In this document: positions 43,608 through 53,364 of the stretch, one piece after another
Numbering within the stretch: the first letter of the stretch is position 1
Layout of the letters: each line of letters opens with the position of its first letter
From: Dehalococcoidia bacterium
GTDB taxonomy: Bacteria; Chloroflexota; Dehalococcoidia; Lucifugimonadales; QGNO01
Assembly: GCA_965261445.1 (NCBI GenBank)
Contig: CBDHCW010000010.1
Location: 183,995 to 247,994 of the forward strand
DNA: 64,000 bases
Reading direction: 5' to 3'
Notes under the pieces: model-generated
What the model saw: the letters and a program-made list of their open reading frames with translations, nothing else
Told to the model about the DNA's origin: nothing
Database searches by the model: none
Made by a program: the position numbers and the translations under genes

Positions 43608-44837
43608 TCAGGTAGTATAGGCGCTGTTGAAGGTCACGTACGCCTCGCTGAGGTTGCAACCCCAGGCGCTGGTAGAGGCGCTGCCCAGGTTCAGGTTGAT
43701 GGTAAATTTGACCTCCGGGTTTTGCATCTGGAGGACAATGGCGTCCTTGAAGAACGGTATGGGAAGGCCGTTCTCCATGATGCATACGTCGTTGATGTAT
43801 AGCGACAGCCTATCCTCCCTGACCCGAGCGCCACTGCGGCCCAGGGCCACCACCAGACGGCCCCAGTTAGGGTCGTTGCCGTGAACGGCTGCCTTGACCA
43901 GGTTAGAGCTGGAAACGGCACGAGCCGCCAGGCGCGCCTCCTTATCGTTGCGCGCTCCCACCACCTCTACCTCGAACAGTTTGCTCACGCCCTCGCCGTC
44001 CAGGACAACCTGTTTGGCCAGGTGGATGCAAAGCCGCGTCACCGCCTCCTGGAACAGCCCTGCCTCGTCTGTCCCCTCAGAGATCGCCGGCCCTCCCGCG
44101 GCTCCGTTTGCCATGATCAACAGCGAATCGTTGGTACTGGTATCGCCGTCGATGGAGATCATGTTGAACGAACTGTTTCCCGCCTGAGCGATCACTTTCT
44201 GAAGGAAGGCGCCGTCCACCGGGGCGTCCGTTGCCAGAACACTGAGCAGTGTTGCCATGTTGGGATGGATCATTCCGGATCCCTTAGCCGCGCCCCCTAC
44301 CGTCACCGTCCGCCCGTTGTGCTGGTAGGAGACAGCCGCCTCTTTGGGATGGGTATCAGTGGTCATGATGGCCCTGGCAAAGGCGTTGCCGCCGTCGGGA
44401 GAGGTCTGAATCTTGGGTAAAGAGGCCCTGATCAAAGCCATGGGAAGCTCTACGCCGACCAGTCCTGTGCTAAGAAATCCCACCTCTTCTTGCATCAGGT
44501 CCAGGTAGGCCGCGGCTAGCCTGACAACCTCGGCGGCGTCCTTCACTCCCGGCTCACCGACAACCGCATTGGCGATGCCGCTATTGGCCACCACGGCGCG
44601 GACATTTCCCCGCCGAACGTGTTTTTCAGTGAGGACAATAGAGGGCGACCTCACTTGGTTGGCGGTGAAAATGCCGGCGCTGACGCAAAGCATCGAGGAG
44701 TGGATAATGCCCAAGTCCAGCTTGTCCTCCGAGTAGGTCTTCATTCCGGCGAACGTGGCGCCAGCCAGAAAACCGGGGACGCTGGTCAGTGTACCATTGA
44801 GAAGAACCTCTATATTTTCATTCATTCCCGGCTCCAT
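43608..44837 (-). CDS. argJ: bifunctional ornithine acetyltransferase / N-acetylglutamate synthase
   Basis: The self-cleavage site context is HPNMATLLSVLATDA and the N-terminus reads ..VPGFLAGATFAGMK. The start is taken at the internal MEPGMNEN. The ORF continues in frame upstream to 45128. Confidence 0.9.
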   Translation of the reverse strand: MEPGMNENIEVLLNGTLTSVPGFLAGATFAGMKTYSEDKLDLGIIHSSMLCVSAGIFTANQVRSPSIVLTEKHVRRGNVRAVVANSGIANAVVGEPGVKDAAEVVRLAAAYLDLMQEEVGFLSTGLVGVELPMALIRASLPKIQTSPDGGNAFARAIMTTDTHPKEAAVSYQHNGRTVTVGGAAKGSGMIHPNMATLLSVLATDAPVDGAFLQKVIAQAGNSSFNMISIDGDTSTNDSLLIMANGAAGGPAISEGTDEAGLFQEAVTRLCIHLAKQVVLDGEGVSKLFEVEVVGARNDKEARLAARAVSSSNLVKAAVHGNDPNWGRLVVALGRSGARVREDRLSLYINDVCIMENGLPIPFFKDAIVLQMQNPEVKFTINLNLGSASTSAWGCNLSEAYVTFNSAYTT

Positions 44838-45059
44838 TGCTTGTGAAGTATAGTTGACCTGGTACCGCCTGTCCTTCTTGGACCTGATTGTATAGCAAGC
44901 CATGACCGAGTGGCGGTCCAGGATCATCGGTTTGCCCTGGCCTTCCGCCTGCTGGAGCACTTTGACCCAACCGCGTTTTACCCAGTACCGGATGGTGCCT
45001 GGTTCAACCGATAGATCGCGGGCCGCCTCTCGCAAGCCGATGCCTGTTTCTACAGACAT
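44838..45059 (-). other. excisionase/MerR-type HTH segment in frame with argJ (fusion or lost stop)
   Basis: MSVETGIGLREAARDLSVEPGTIRYWVKRGWVKVL..MILDRHSV follows the HTH_17-like pattern. There is no stop codon between it and argJ. Confidence 0.4.
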
Positions 45060-45402
45060 AGGACTGTCTTGCCAAGTTTTACACACATTTGCGACGGTAT
45101 TGTAAGGAAACAACCAGGTAAATGTCAATAGTAGCGAGGTTTAACGCTCATTTAATTGGAATTATAAGGCATATAATGCGATTTACACACTCAAACGGTG
45201 CGAGGCTTGTATTCTTTGAGGCAAATGGACGTCATGGATGACTGCTCAATTCGACCTCCTCAAGGGTTAGAAGGCTCAGGACCCATTTGCCATCGCCAAT
45301 AAGGCCAATGTACAGAGATTCTAATGGACGTTGGTGGAAGTAGTCTCATATTGACCATGACACATCTGCCAAGTTAAAATGTATTCACCGATGGGGTGAA
45401 CA

Positions 45403-45702
45403 GTGGAAGTGTCCTTCAGAACGAACAAACTTCTGCGCAACTACGAGAAGTCAGCCGGAGCAATTCGGGAGTGGGGCCCAGATGTCGGACGCAAGTACGT
45501 CACACGCATAAACGAGCTCTATGCAGTCAAAGACTTCCAGGAAGCGTACAACATACGGTCGATGCGTTTGCATCCACTGAAAGGATCAAAGCGAGGAGAA
45601 TTATCCATCTATTTGACGGGCAAGTGGCGTCTCATTGTATCTAAGGGCGACACAGAGAGTCAGGTGATCATAAAGGAGGTGAGTAACCATTATGACGACT
45701 AG
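45403..45702 (+). CDS. higB: HigB-like (plasmid maintenance killer / RelE superfamily) toxin
   Basis: FRTNKLLRNYE..WGPDVGRKYVTRINEL...MRLHPLKGSKRGELSIYLTGKWRLI matches the killer-protein pattern. Confidence 0.8.
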   Translation: MEVSFRTNKLLRNYEKSAGAIREWGPDVGRKYVTRINELYAVKDFQEAYNIRSMRLHPLKGSKRGELSIYLTGKWRLIVSKGDTESQVIIKEVSNHYDD

Positions 45703-46795
45703 GAGCCCGCGCGCAGTGTCAGATATGCCGGTTCCTCCGGGAGAAGTTCTGGAAGAAGAGCTTGAAGCCCGCGGGATGACTCAGAAGGAGCTCGCGACAA
45801 GGCTAGGCAGGCCAGCGCAGGCGATCAACGAGATAATCAAGGCAAAGAAGGCCATCACGCCGGATACCGCAATCATGCTGGAGAAGGTTTTGGGAATCGA
45901 CGCGCAGTTTTGGGCCAACCTCGAGACCGACTATCGCATGACTTTAGCACGAAATCGTGACCGGGACACGCTCGCAGCTAATGTGCAATGGCTAAATGAC
46001 TACCCGATCAAACAGATGATCAATCGAGGCTGGCTGGAACCTGGACGGGATAAGCAGAGCAAATTGAAAGCCTTGCTTAGCTTTCTCGGTGTAGCTGTTG
46101 CTGAGCCACGAGTGTACCAAGAGGCTGTCGGCTTCCGAATTACGGAGGCTGCTCAACAGAGTGTGTCTATTGGTGCTCTGGCAGCTTGGCTACGCAAGGG
46201 AGAGCTTGATGCACAAGAGATAATCACTCCTGACTACGACGAAGAAGTCTTCAATCAAGCCCTAACCAAGATCAGGGGCATGACAGAGGATTCGCCTGAA
46301 GAGTTCATACCGGCGATGTCAGCTCTTTGTAGGGAAGCTGGTGTCGTGTTCTGCATAGTACAGGAGTTCCCGAAGAGCGGGGCTAACGGTGCTACGCGCT
46401 GGCTTACAGATAGGAAGGCATTGATTCAGATGAGCATTCGGCGAAAGTGGGCCGACATCTTCTGGTTCAGCTTCTTCCATGAGGCTTGCCATCTGTTCAA
46501 GCATCGAACGCAGCGCCGGATTGTAATTGATGGACTCGGTGCAGACCCGGACATCACCGAAATCGAAGCAGAAGCCGACCGGTTTGCAAGAGATTTTCTC
46601 ATCAAGCCGGAGGAGTGGACAGATTTCTGTAGCGTAGACATCTTCACACCGGACTCCGTTAAGGAATTCGCAGAATCAATCGGTATAGCTCCATTCATAG
46701 TGGTTGGAAGGCTCCAGAAGGAGAAACTAATTGGTTACAACCAGCTTACATCTCTCAAACCACGATACGAATGGACAAACGACTCAAATAGCTAG
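45692..46795 (+). CDS. HigA-type HTH antitoxin fused to an ImmA/IrrE (HExxH) metallopeptidase domain
   Basis: The N-terminus (PPGEVLEEELEARGMTQKELATRLGRPAQAINEIIKAKKAITPDTAIMLEKVLG) is HigA-like. The C-terminal domain has FFHEACHLFKH. It overlaps higB by 11 nt. Confidence 0.8.
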   Translation: MTTRSPRAVSDMPVPPGEVLEEELEARGMTQKELATRLGRPAQAINEIIKAKKAITPDTAIMLEKVLGIDAQFWANLETDYRMTLARNRDRDTLAANVQWLNDYPIKQMINRGWLEPGRDKQSKLKALLSFLGVAVAEPRVYQEAVGFRITEAAQQSVSIGALAAWLRKGELDAQEIITPDYDEEVFNQALTKIRGMTEDSPEEFIPAMSALCREAGVVFCIVQEFPKSGANGATRWLTDRKALIQMSIRRKWADIFWFSFFHEACHLFKHRTQRRIVIDGLGADPDITEIEAEADRFARDFLIKPEEWTDFCSVDIFTPDSVKEFAESIGIAPFIVVGRLQKEKLIGYNQLTSLKPRYEWTNDSNS

Positions 46796-46860
46796 CGGTT
46801 TAATAATACGAAGGATGCCTAATGGTTGCCGGCTCAAAGGATCAATGCAGCTTCTTTCCT

Positions 46861-48036
46861 TTACCGGACGCGTCTGCCCGCTTGGAACACGGCCCAGACG
46901 TTTCGCAGAGCGGCGGGGTCCGAGTACGGGTCGCCGTCTATTAGCACCATGTCGGCAACCTTGCCGGTTTCAAGCGTGCCTACCATATCGTCAATTCCCA
47001 GCAGAGATGCGGCGTCGCGGGTTGCGGCACTCATGGCGGCAGGCGGGGACATGCCGTTCTCCACCATCAGCTCCACTTCCCTGGCCAGCATCCCGTGTCG
47101 CACCGCCGAACCGCCGGCGTCCGAACCCGGCACCACTTTCACGCCGGCAGCCAGGGCGCGCTTGAAGCTGGCAATGGATTCAGCGGCGCGCTCCTCCGTG
47201 CGTGCCAGCACCTCCCTGTCTTCGCCGGCCATGTATCCCTGGCTGAGGCGGGAGTCCCAGGTGGACATGGTCGGCACAAGGTAGGTGCCCTTATCCGCCA
47301 TGAGGCGGGCCGTCTCCTCGTCTATGAAGAAGCCGTGCTCTATGGAAACCACACCCGCTTCGACCGCTTGATGAGTACCCTCGTATCCGACGCAGTGGGC
47401 AGCGACTTTAAGGCCGGCCTCGCTGGCAATACGAACCACCGCTTCCAGCACGTCCAGCCCAAGCGTGGGGACCTGCTCGCCTTCAGGTGTCATGCCGGTA
47501 GCGCCCACTTTGATCAGGGCGGCGCCCCTTTGCACCTGGTCTTTGGCGGCTAGGACCATCTCCTCAAGGTTGTGGAGCGTGCGCACAAAAGGCCCCCATG
47601 TACCCGGGAAAGCCAGCCAGTCGCCCGCGGCCAGGATACGCGGTCCGAACACATTGCCCGCAGCCACCGACTCAGCGAAGGGGACATTGATGCCGCCCTT
47701 GGAACCAACGTCTCTTGCCGAGGTGATGCCGGAAAGGAGGGCGCGACGGGCATTACCCACGGCTTTGAGGGTGGCCACTTCCGGCGGATCGGCGGCCAGG
47801 ATTTCGCCGTTGTCAGGCCCGCCGTCGCTGGTGAAGTGCTCGTGGCAGTCGATGATGCCGGGTATCAGCGTGAAGCCGCGTCCGTCCACCTCCTCGGTGT
47901 GCGAGTGGCGCGCCGGATGGGCGGCGTCTTCCCCGATCCAGGTTATACGGCCGTGCTCCGCCTCCACGGTTACAGACGGCACGGGCGCAGCGCCTGAACC
48001 GTCCACCAGCCTTACGTTGCGTATCAACAAGCTCAT
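46861..48036 (-). CDS. metal-dependent amidohydrolase
   Basis: The HxH motif is PGIIDCHEHF. Later His/Asp ligand positions (VAAHC, SIEHG, GSDAG) are present. Confidence 0.8.
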   Translation of the reverse strand: MSLLIRNVRLVDGSGAAPVPSVTVEAEHGRITWIGEDAAHPARHSHTEEVDGRGFTLIPGIIDCHEHFTSDGGPDNGEILAADPPEVATLKAVGNARRALLSGITSARDVGSKGGINVPFAESVAAGNVFGPRILAAGDWLAFPGTWGPFVRTLHNLEEMVLAAKDQVQRGAALIKVGATGMTPEGEQVPTLGLDVLEAVVRIASEAGLKVAAHCVGYEGTHQAVEAGVVSIEHGFFIDEETARLMADKGTYLVPTMSTWDSRLSQGYMAGEDREVLARTEERAAESIASFKRALAAGVKVVPGSDAGGSAVRHGMLAREVELMVENGMSPPAAMSAATRDAASLLGIDDMVGTLETGKVADMVLIDGDPYSDPAALRNVWAVFQAGRRVR

Positions 48037-48125
48037 TGCATCCTCCCTTTACCTTGCGGCGAGACTTTGACGAGGCGTGATTTCCGATGATTAGCCTCCC
48101 CTGTGCACCCTCCCTGATCAATCGG

Positions 48126-49481
48126 TCAGTCTGCGGACACTCTGATGGGGACGACGAGTGAGGCCGCAGCGGTAACCGCTACCATCGTGGCGGTGAAGTA
48201 AAAGATGCCGTCCATGCCGTACGACCCGCGCAGCCATCCCGCAATAACCGGCGACGCCGAGCCAAAGATGGCTCCCCCAGTGAACACAATGGCGGTCACG
48301 GAGCCTTCCGTGCCCCTCTTTGCAGCATCGATGGCTGCTGCCAGCATGACGGGGTTCACCGAGTATAGAAACAGACCGAGCAGGGCAAGCACCACGGCAA
48401 AGCCAATGCCGTCTCCAAAGAAAAGCAACGAGTAGATGAGAATCGATATGGCTGCCAGTCCCACGAATACCACGGGGCGTCGGCCTATTCTATCGGCGGT
48501 CCATCCCATAGCCGGAGCAAACCCAATACCGAACAGTGTGAGCAGAGCCACGTGGTAACCTATCTTGAACGAGGAGAACCCCAGGTCTTCGCTCATGTAG
48601 ATGACTATGAAGATGTTGAGAGCGTTGTGAGCCATAGCCCTTACCGTAGTGAGTGTGGTCATACTCAATACGGCACTGTTCTTGACCAACGGCCGCATGG
48701 ACTTCAGGTAGGCTTTGAGCGTCAGCCCCGCAGAGCTTCCGCCAGGTATATCGCGGTAGGCCAGCAAAATGGCTGCGGCGCTGATCAACGCGGGCAGCAC
48801 CATGAGCAAAGCCAGGGCTCTCCAGCCAAGGCCGGCCCACTCCAGGCCAAACAGTGTGAAGCCGCCCAGCAGAACGCCCACTACTACCGGAGATATGCTG
48901 TCGCCTATGGAGCCTCCCATCCTGTGTACAGCCAGTGCGGTGGCGCGCCGGCTGGGATAAACGGCGGCCAGCGTCCCAAAGGCGGGAGCATGCCAGAAAG
49001 AGGTACCGATCCCCGTGACAGCTACACCCAAGACGAGCAGCCAATAGCTCGGCGCCACACCTATGAGCAGATAGCCTATTGCCAGCGAACTGAGGCTGGA
49101 AGCCAGGATGAGCGCGACTTTGCTCCGCCACATATCGGCAACAACGCCAGCGGGGATGTTGACTCCAGCGCTGAAAATGGTCCTGGCGGAGCCAATAACG
49201 CCGATCTGCACGTCGCTAATACCCAAGGCGGCTTTGATGGGAGGCAGCAGGAGAAGAAACGCCTGTTGGTAGAAGTGCTTCACAGAATGGCCCGCCGCCA
49301 AGCCAAGCATGAAGCCTAGAGACGGCTCTTCAGCCCTGGCCCGTCCCCTTTTCTCAACCGTTGTTGCGGCCTGTGTCAGAGGTGAACTCCCTGATTCAAA
49401 ATGCAGTGCAATACTAAACCCGTTGATTAAGAAGCACCAGAGGGCGGGACATTGTCCTGTATAATCCACAGTGTCATGCAA
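48126..49481 (-). CDS. MFS transporter (start uncertain)
   Basis: It has about 12 hydrophobic segments. The first ~55 codons of the ORF overlap the divergent promoter/SDR start and are probably not translated. Confidence 0.8.
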   Translation of the reverse strand: MHDTVDYTGQCPALWCFLINGFSIALHFESGSSPLTQAATTVEKRGRARAEEPSLGFMLGLAAGHSVKHFYQQAFLLLLPPIKAALGISDVQIGVIGSARTIFSAGVNIPAGVVADMWRSKVALILASSLSSLAIGYLLIGVAPSYWLLVLGVAVTGIGTSFWHAPAFGTLAAVYPSRRATALAVHRMGGSIGDSISPVVVGVLLGGFTLFGLEWAGLGWRALALLMVLPALISAAAILLAYRDIPGGSSAGLTLKAYLKSMRPLVKNSAVLSMTTLTTVRAMAHNALNIFIVIYMSEDLGFSSFKIGYHVALLTLFGIGFAPAMGWTADRIGRRPVVFVGLAAISILIYSLLFFGDGIGFAVVLALLGLFLYSVNPVMLAAAIDAAKRGTEGSVTAIVFTGGAIFGSASPVIAGWLRGSYGMDGIFYFTATMVAVTAAASLVVPIRVSAD

Positions 49482-50258
49482 CGAGACACAAGCATCCGCT
49501 TCCAGGACAGAGCAGCAATAGTGGCCGGAGATGATTATGGCTTCTGCAGGGAAGCGGCGCTTCTCCTTGCCGCAGAAGGCGCTTCACTGGTGATCAACTC
49601 AACGGACGCAGGGGAGGCGGACAAGCTAGCCGCTGAAATCAGAGATGCCGGAGGCAAAGCCATACCGACTTCTTACAACGTGACTTCAGTGGAGGGTGGA
49701 GAGGCACTGGTAGAGTCTGCGGTAGACTCCTTTGGCAGAGTGGATATCCTGATTATCGTTGTAGGCGTACGACACCCCCGGCCTATTGCCCAGATGACAG
49801 AGCAGGATTGGGATTCGGCTATGGAGGGAACTTTGAAAAGCGCGTTTATGGTGACCAAACACGCCTGCGCCCAGATGCGTCAGCAACGTAACGGCCGCAT
49901 AGTCTACTTGCTCCAAGAGCCTGAATACGGCCAACCCCGTTCAGCGGCATACGACACCGCACTGGAAGCCATAGTAGGACTGAGCCGCACGGCGGCGCTG
50001 GACATGGAAAGATACGGCGTCAACTGCAACGTTGTAATTGCAAGCGAAGCCAAGAACGCCGCTCTCCTGGCCGCTTATCTCTGCACGGATGCAATGGCCC
50101 GGTTCAGCGGTCACGTGCTCGGCGCCGGCGCGGAAGAGCTCTACCTGTATTCCAAGCCAGCGGTGGCCCGCGCCCTCTACGGCGCCGAGGTGTTCTCGGT
50201 GGAAGAGATTGCCTCGCTGGCGCCCAGGCATCTTTTCCCCGGAGGAGGGTCGCGGTGA
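49476..50258 (+). CDS. SDR-fold protein with degenerate cofactor and catalytic motifs
   Basis: It has the Rossmann-like layout, but the Gly motif reads AIVAGDDYGFC and the YxxxK position reads YDTAL. Its stop overlaps the next SDR gene. Confidence 0.6.
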   Translation: MQRDTSIRFQDRAAIVAGDDYGFCREAALLLAAEGASLVINSTDAGEADKLAAEIRDAGGKAIPTSYNVTSVEGGEALVESAVDSFGRVDILIIVVGVRHPRPIAQMTEQDWDSAMEGTLKSAFMVTKHACAQMRQQRNGRIVYLLQEPEYGQPRSAAYDTALEAIVGLSRTAALDMERYGVNCNVVIASEAKNAALLAAYLCTDAMARFSGHVLGAGAEELYLYSKPAVARALYGAEVFSVEEIASLAPRHLFPGGGSR

Positions 50259-51163
50259 GCAACAGGCTAGAAGGCAGGGTCGCTGTGGTTACCGGAGGCG
50301 GGGGAGGCATTGGAGGAGCTGTCAGCAGGCGACTGGCCGGTGAAGGCTGCTCTGTGGTTGTCAACGACCCTGGGGGCTCGCTGAGCGGAGCAGGCGCTTC
50401 TGAAGCTCCGGCGAATGCCGTCGTTTCACGAATAAGAGTCGAAGGAGGCCATGCTATCCCCAGCTATGATTCCGTGGCCACGTTTGAAGGGGCGGAACGC
50501 ATAGTACAGGCGGCCCTGGATACCTACGGAAGACTGGACATCGTCTGCCATGCAGCAGGCATCCTTCGAGACAGAATGGTGTTCAACATGTCAGAGGAAG
50601 AGTGGGACGACGTCATCCGGGTCCACCTGTACGGAGCGTTCAATCTTGTACGCCAGGCCGTACCTCACATGATGCGGCAGCGTTACGGTCGCATTCTGCT
50701 CTTTTCGTCGGTGTCGGCGCTGGGCAACCTGGGTCAGGCCAACTACTCGGCGGCCAAAGCAGGGCAGATTGGCCTTGCCCTGTCCCTGGCAAAGGAGCTG
50801 GCCCCTTACAACATCACGGCCAACGCTGTCCTCCCCGGGGCCGACACCAGGATGACGGAGGGCATGCCGGAGACGGCCAGAGCCTACATAGAGCAATGGG
50901 GACGTTCCTCAGGCGCTCCCGTCATGGAAGGCGCTCGCTCAGCGGAGCGGAACGCTCCCAAGATAGCGTATCTGTGTACAGAGGCCGCCGCCAATATAAC
51001 GGGTCAGGTCATTGGCACCTTCGGGCTGCCAATGACCATCTATTCTCCAAGGCAAGTCGTGAGGACATTGCTCAAGAGCGGCGACTGGACGCTTGATGAT
51101 CTGGATCTCATCATGCCCAACTCTCTGACTAAAGACCTAGCAAGCGACAACAATGAGCAGTAA
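50255..51163 (+). CDS. SDR-family oxidoreductase
   Basis: The motifs are VTGGGGGIGGAV, NAAG-like HAAGI, and the catalytic YSAAK. Confidence 0.85.
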   Translation: MSNRLEGRVAVVTGGGGGIGGAVSRRLAGEGCSVVVNDPGGSLSGAGASEAPANAVVSRIRVEGGHAIPSYDSVATFEGAERIVQAALDTYGRLDIVCHAAGILRDRMVFNMSEEEWDDVIRVHLYGAFNLVRQAVPHMMRQRYGRILLFSSVSALGNLGQANYSAAKAGQIGLALSLAKELAPYNITANAVLPGADTRMTEGMPETARAYIEQWGRSSGAPVMEGARSAERNAPKIAYLCTEAAANITGQVIGTFGLPMTIYSPRQVVRTLLKSGDWTLDDLDLIMPNSLTKDLASDNNEQ

Positions 51164-51977
51164 GGAGCAGGGACTGGACAGGGTCAAGGCACTGGAGGCG
51201 GCGCTGGTAGCTGCCAGAGAGGCCGCGGAAACGCTGCGTCTGCGGTTCAGGCAGAAGAGGGGAGAGCCACCCTTGAACAGCTGGACCAAAGACGGAGGCG
51301 GCCTGGTAACAGAGGCGGACATAGCTTCAGACCAGGCCATAACCCAGGTGCTCAAAGTCCACAACGTGCCGGGCGCCATCCTGTCGGAGGAGAGCCACAC
51401 ACCCGCCGGCGACGACGGGCTGACCTGGCTGGTGGATCCGCTGTGCGGCACAGTCCCATTCAGCACCGGGCTGGCGCATTGGGGAGTGAGCATCGCGCTG
51501 CGTCAAGGTGGAAGCCTGGAGCTTGGCGTCCTCACTTTACCGACGCAGCAAGACCAGCTGACCGTGGTCAGGGGACACGGTGTATCAAGGAACGGGCGTA
51601 TCTGGACCTCCTCTTCGCCGGGCGCCAGGCTGTCGGAGGTTGCCGTTGCCCTGGAGATAGACGGCGGCGCGGAATGGAAGAGAGCGTTGGTGGGAAGCCT
51701 GGACTGGGTGGGCAGCGTGGGGCAAATCAACTCGTTCTCCTCCGCGGCTTTCCCCATTGCACAGATATGCCTGGGGCGACTCGCGGCGGCGGTGTTCTAC
51801 AAGATAACCCCGGTGCACCTGGCGGCGGGAGCACTCATCGCAACAGAGCTGGGGATCATGGCGACAGATGCCTCGGGAACCCCCCTCGATTGGAGCCAGG
51901 ACGGTGAATTTCCGGTGGTGGTCATAGGCTGGCCTGAAGTCCATGGCCAGATCATTGAGGCTATGTCAGGTAAATAG
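51153..51977 (+). CDS. inositol monophosphatase-family protein
   Basis: The motifs are ILSEESH and WLVDPLCGT (a variant of WxxDPxDGT), with a later AAAG-type region. Confidence 0.8.
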   Translation: MSSKEQGLDRVKALEAALVAAREAAETLRLRFRQKRGEPPLNSWTKDGGGLVTEADIASDQAITQVLKVHNVPGAILSEESHTPAGDDGLTWLVDPLCGTVPFSTGLAHWGVSIALRQGGSLELGVLTLPTQQDQLTVVRGHGVSRNGRIWTSSSPGARLSEVAVALEIDGGAEWKRALVGSLDWVGSVGQINSFSSAAFPIAQICLGRLAAAVFYKITPVHLAAGALIATELGIMATDASGTPLDWSQDGEFPVVVIGWPEVHGQIIEAMSGK

Positions 51978-52000
51978 CGCGGATTCGACCTCTCAGCCGC

Positions 52001-52945
52001 TCAAACCAGAGGATTGCGGCTACTGTAAGGAGAAGGTCTGTCTATGTTGAACACCTTGAAGGGCCGCCATATTGCAGCGGTGCGGTCGAATCTCATCAGA
52101 GCAACGAAACGACCGTCGCGGCTGTAGGCTCTCGCCTCCTGAAGATGGGACGCATAGTGAGTGCCGGGACTCAGGGGGACGGCCTGGCCGTTCATCACCT
52201 GGCTCGCTTCCCAGGAGTCCATTTGAACGGCGGGCAAGTGGAGCACAACGCAATCCGGGGGGAGGAACAACGGTTCCCAGGTATTGTTCCCCAAAGAGGT
52301 CGTCAGGGCCTCCAAGGGGGTGGTGTCATCAGCGCAGAAAGGGCCGGTACGCAGACGGCGCAGCTGGGAGAGGTGGGCTCCGCACCCCAGCGCCTGCCCC
52401 AAGTCATGGGCCAGAGAACGTACGTAGAATCCCCGGCTGCACTGCACGGAAAGCCTGGCTTGCGGCGGTTGCCATTCAACCAGCTCCAACTTGAGCACTT
52501 CAACCGTCCTTGGAGGGGCTTGCACGGCAACGCCATCCCGCGCCAGCGCATAGAGACGCCGGCCCTGCTTTTTCAGTGCACTGAAGGCGGGGGGCGTCTG
52601 CTCTACGACGCCTCTCAAAGGCGCCAGGGCTGCCTCTATCATCCCGGCGTTTACGTCTGAGACGTCTTGCCTGTGGATTATTTCGCCTACGCTGTCGTAA
52701 GTATCAGTGGATACGCCCAGATGGACGGTGGCCAGATACTCTTTTCGAGTGTTGACAATGAACTGCATGAGGCGGGTGGCCTGACCCAGGCAAACGGGCA
52801 AGACTCCCGTGGCCACCGGATCAAGCGTCCCGGCGTGACCTACGTGTCGTTGAGAAGAAAACCTCTTGATCTGCCGCACCACGTCCATAGAGGTGATGCC
52901 CGGCGGCTTGTCCACGTTGAAAATACCGTGGCTGGGCCGTTTCAA
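52001..52945 (-). CDS. truB: tRNA pseudouridine(55) synthase
   Basis: GHAGTLDPVATGVLPVCLG is the catalytic Asp motif. Confidence 0.93.
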   Translation of the reverse strand: MKRPSHGIFNVDKPPGITSMDVVRQIKRFSSQRHVGHAGTLDPVATGVLPVCLGQATRLMQFIVNTRKEYLATVHLGVSTDTYDSVGEIIHRQDVSDVNAGMIEAALAPLRGVVEQTPPAFSALKKQGRRLYALARDGVAVQAPPRTVEVLKLELVEWQPPQARLSVQCSRGFYVRSLAHDLGQALGCGAHLSQLRRLRTGPFCADDTTPLEALTTSLGNNTWEPLFLPPDCVVLHLPAVQMDSWEASQVMNGQAVPLSPGTHYASHLQEARAYSRDGRFVALMRFDRTAAIWRPFKVFNIDRPSPYSSRNPLV

Positions 52946-53298
52946 CTGGCCGACCTCTCCGATTGGACGTTATCCATGAATTGAAGCATCAACAAGCCCT
53001 TCTCTATGGACTCGTCCAGATGGAAAGACAGCACGGGAACATAGCGCAAAGCGACTCTGCTTTTAAGCTCTCTATGGAGAAACCCCGATGCTTTTTGAAG
53101 AAGCTTAACGGTGGAGTGCTTCTCCTCTTCATGGCTCATCACGCTCACGTAAACTTTGGCTTGGCGCAGGTCCGCAGAGACGTCAACATGAGTAACGCTG
53201 ACCAGTAGAGGCAGCCTGGGATCGTTCATTTCAGTTGCCAGCAGACTGCTCAGTTCTTTGCGAACCAGTTCGTTGACACGTTCAATTCGCCTGCTCAT
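52942..53298 (-). CDS. rbfA: ribosome-binding factor A
   Basis: RIERVNELVRKELSSLL...DPRL..VSVTHVDVSADLRQAKVYVS matches RbfA. Confidence 0.9.
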   Translation of the reverse strand: MSRRIERVNELVRKELSSLLATEMNDPRLPLLVSVTHVDVSADLRQAKVYVSVMSHEEEKHSTVKLLQKASGFLHRELKSRVALRYVPVLSFHLDESIEKGLLMLQFMDNVQSERSAS

Positions 53299-53364
53299 TG
53301 GAATGTCCTTGGAAAATAGGAATGGAGCTTCAAGCTGTAGAGGCCTGGAGACCGGAACCGCTTT

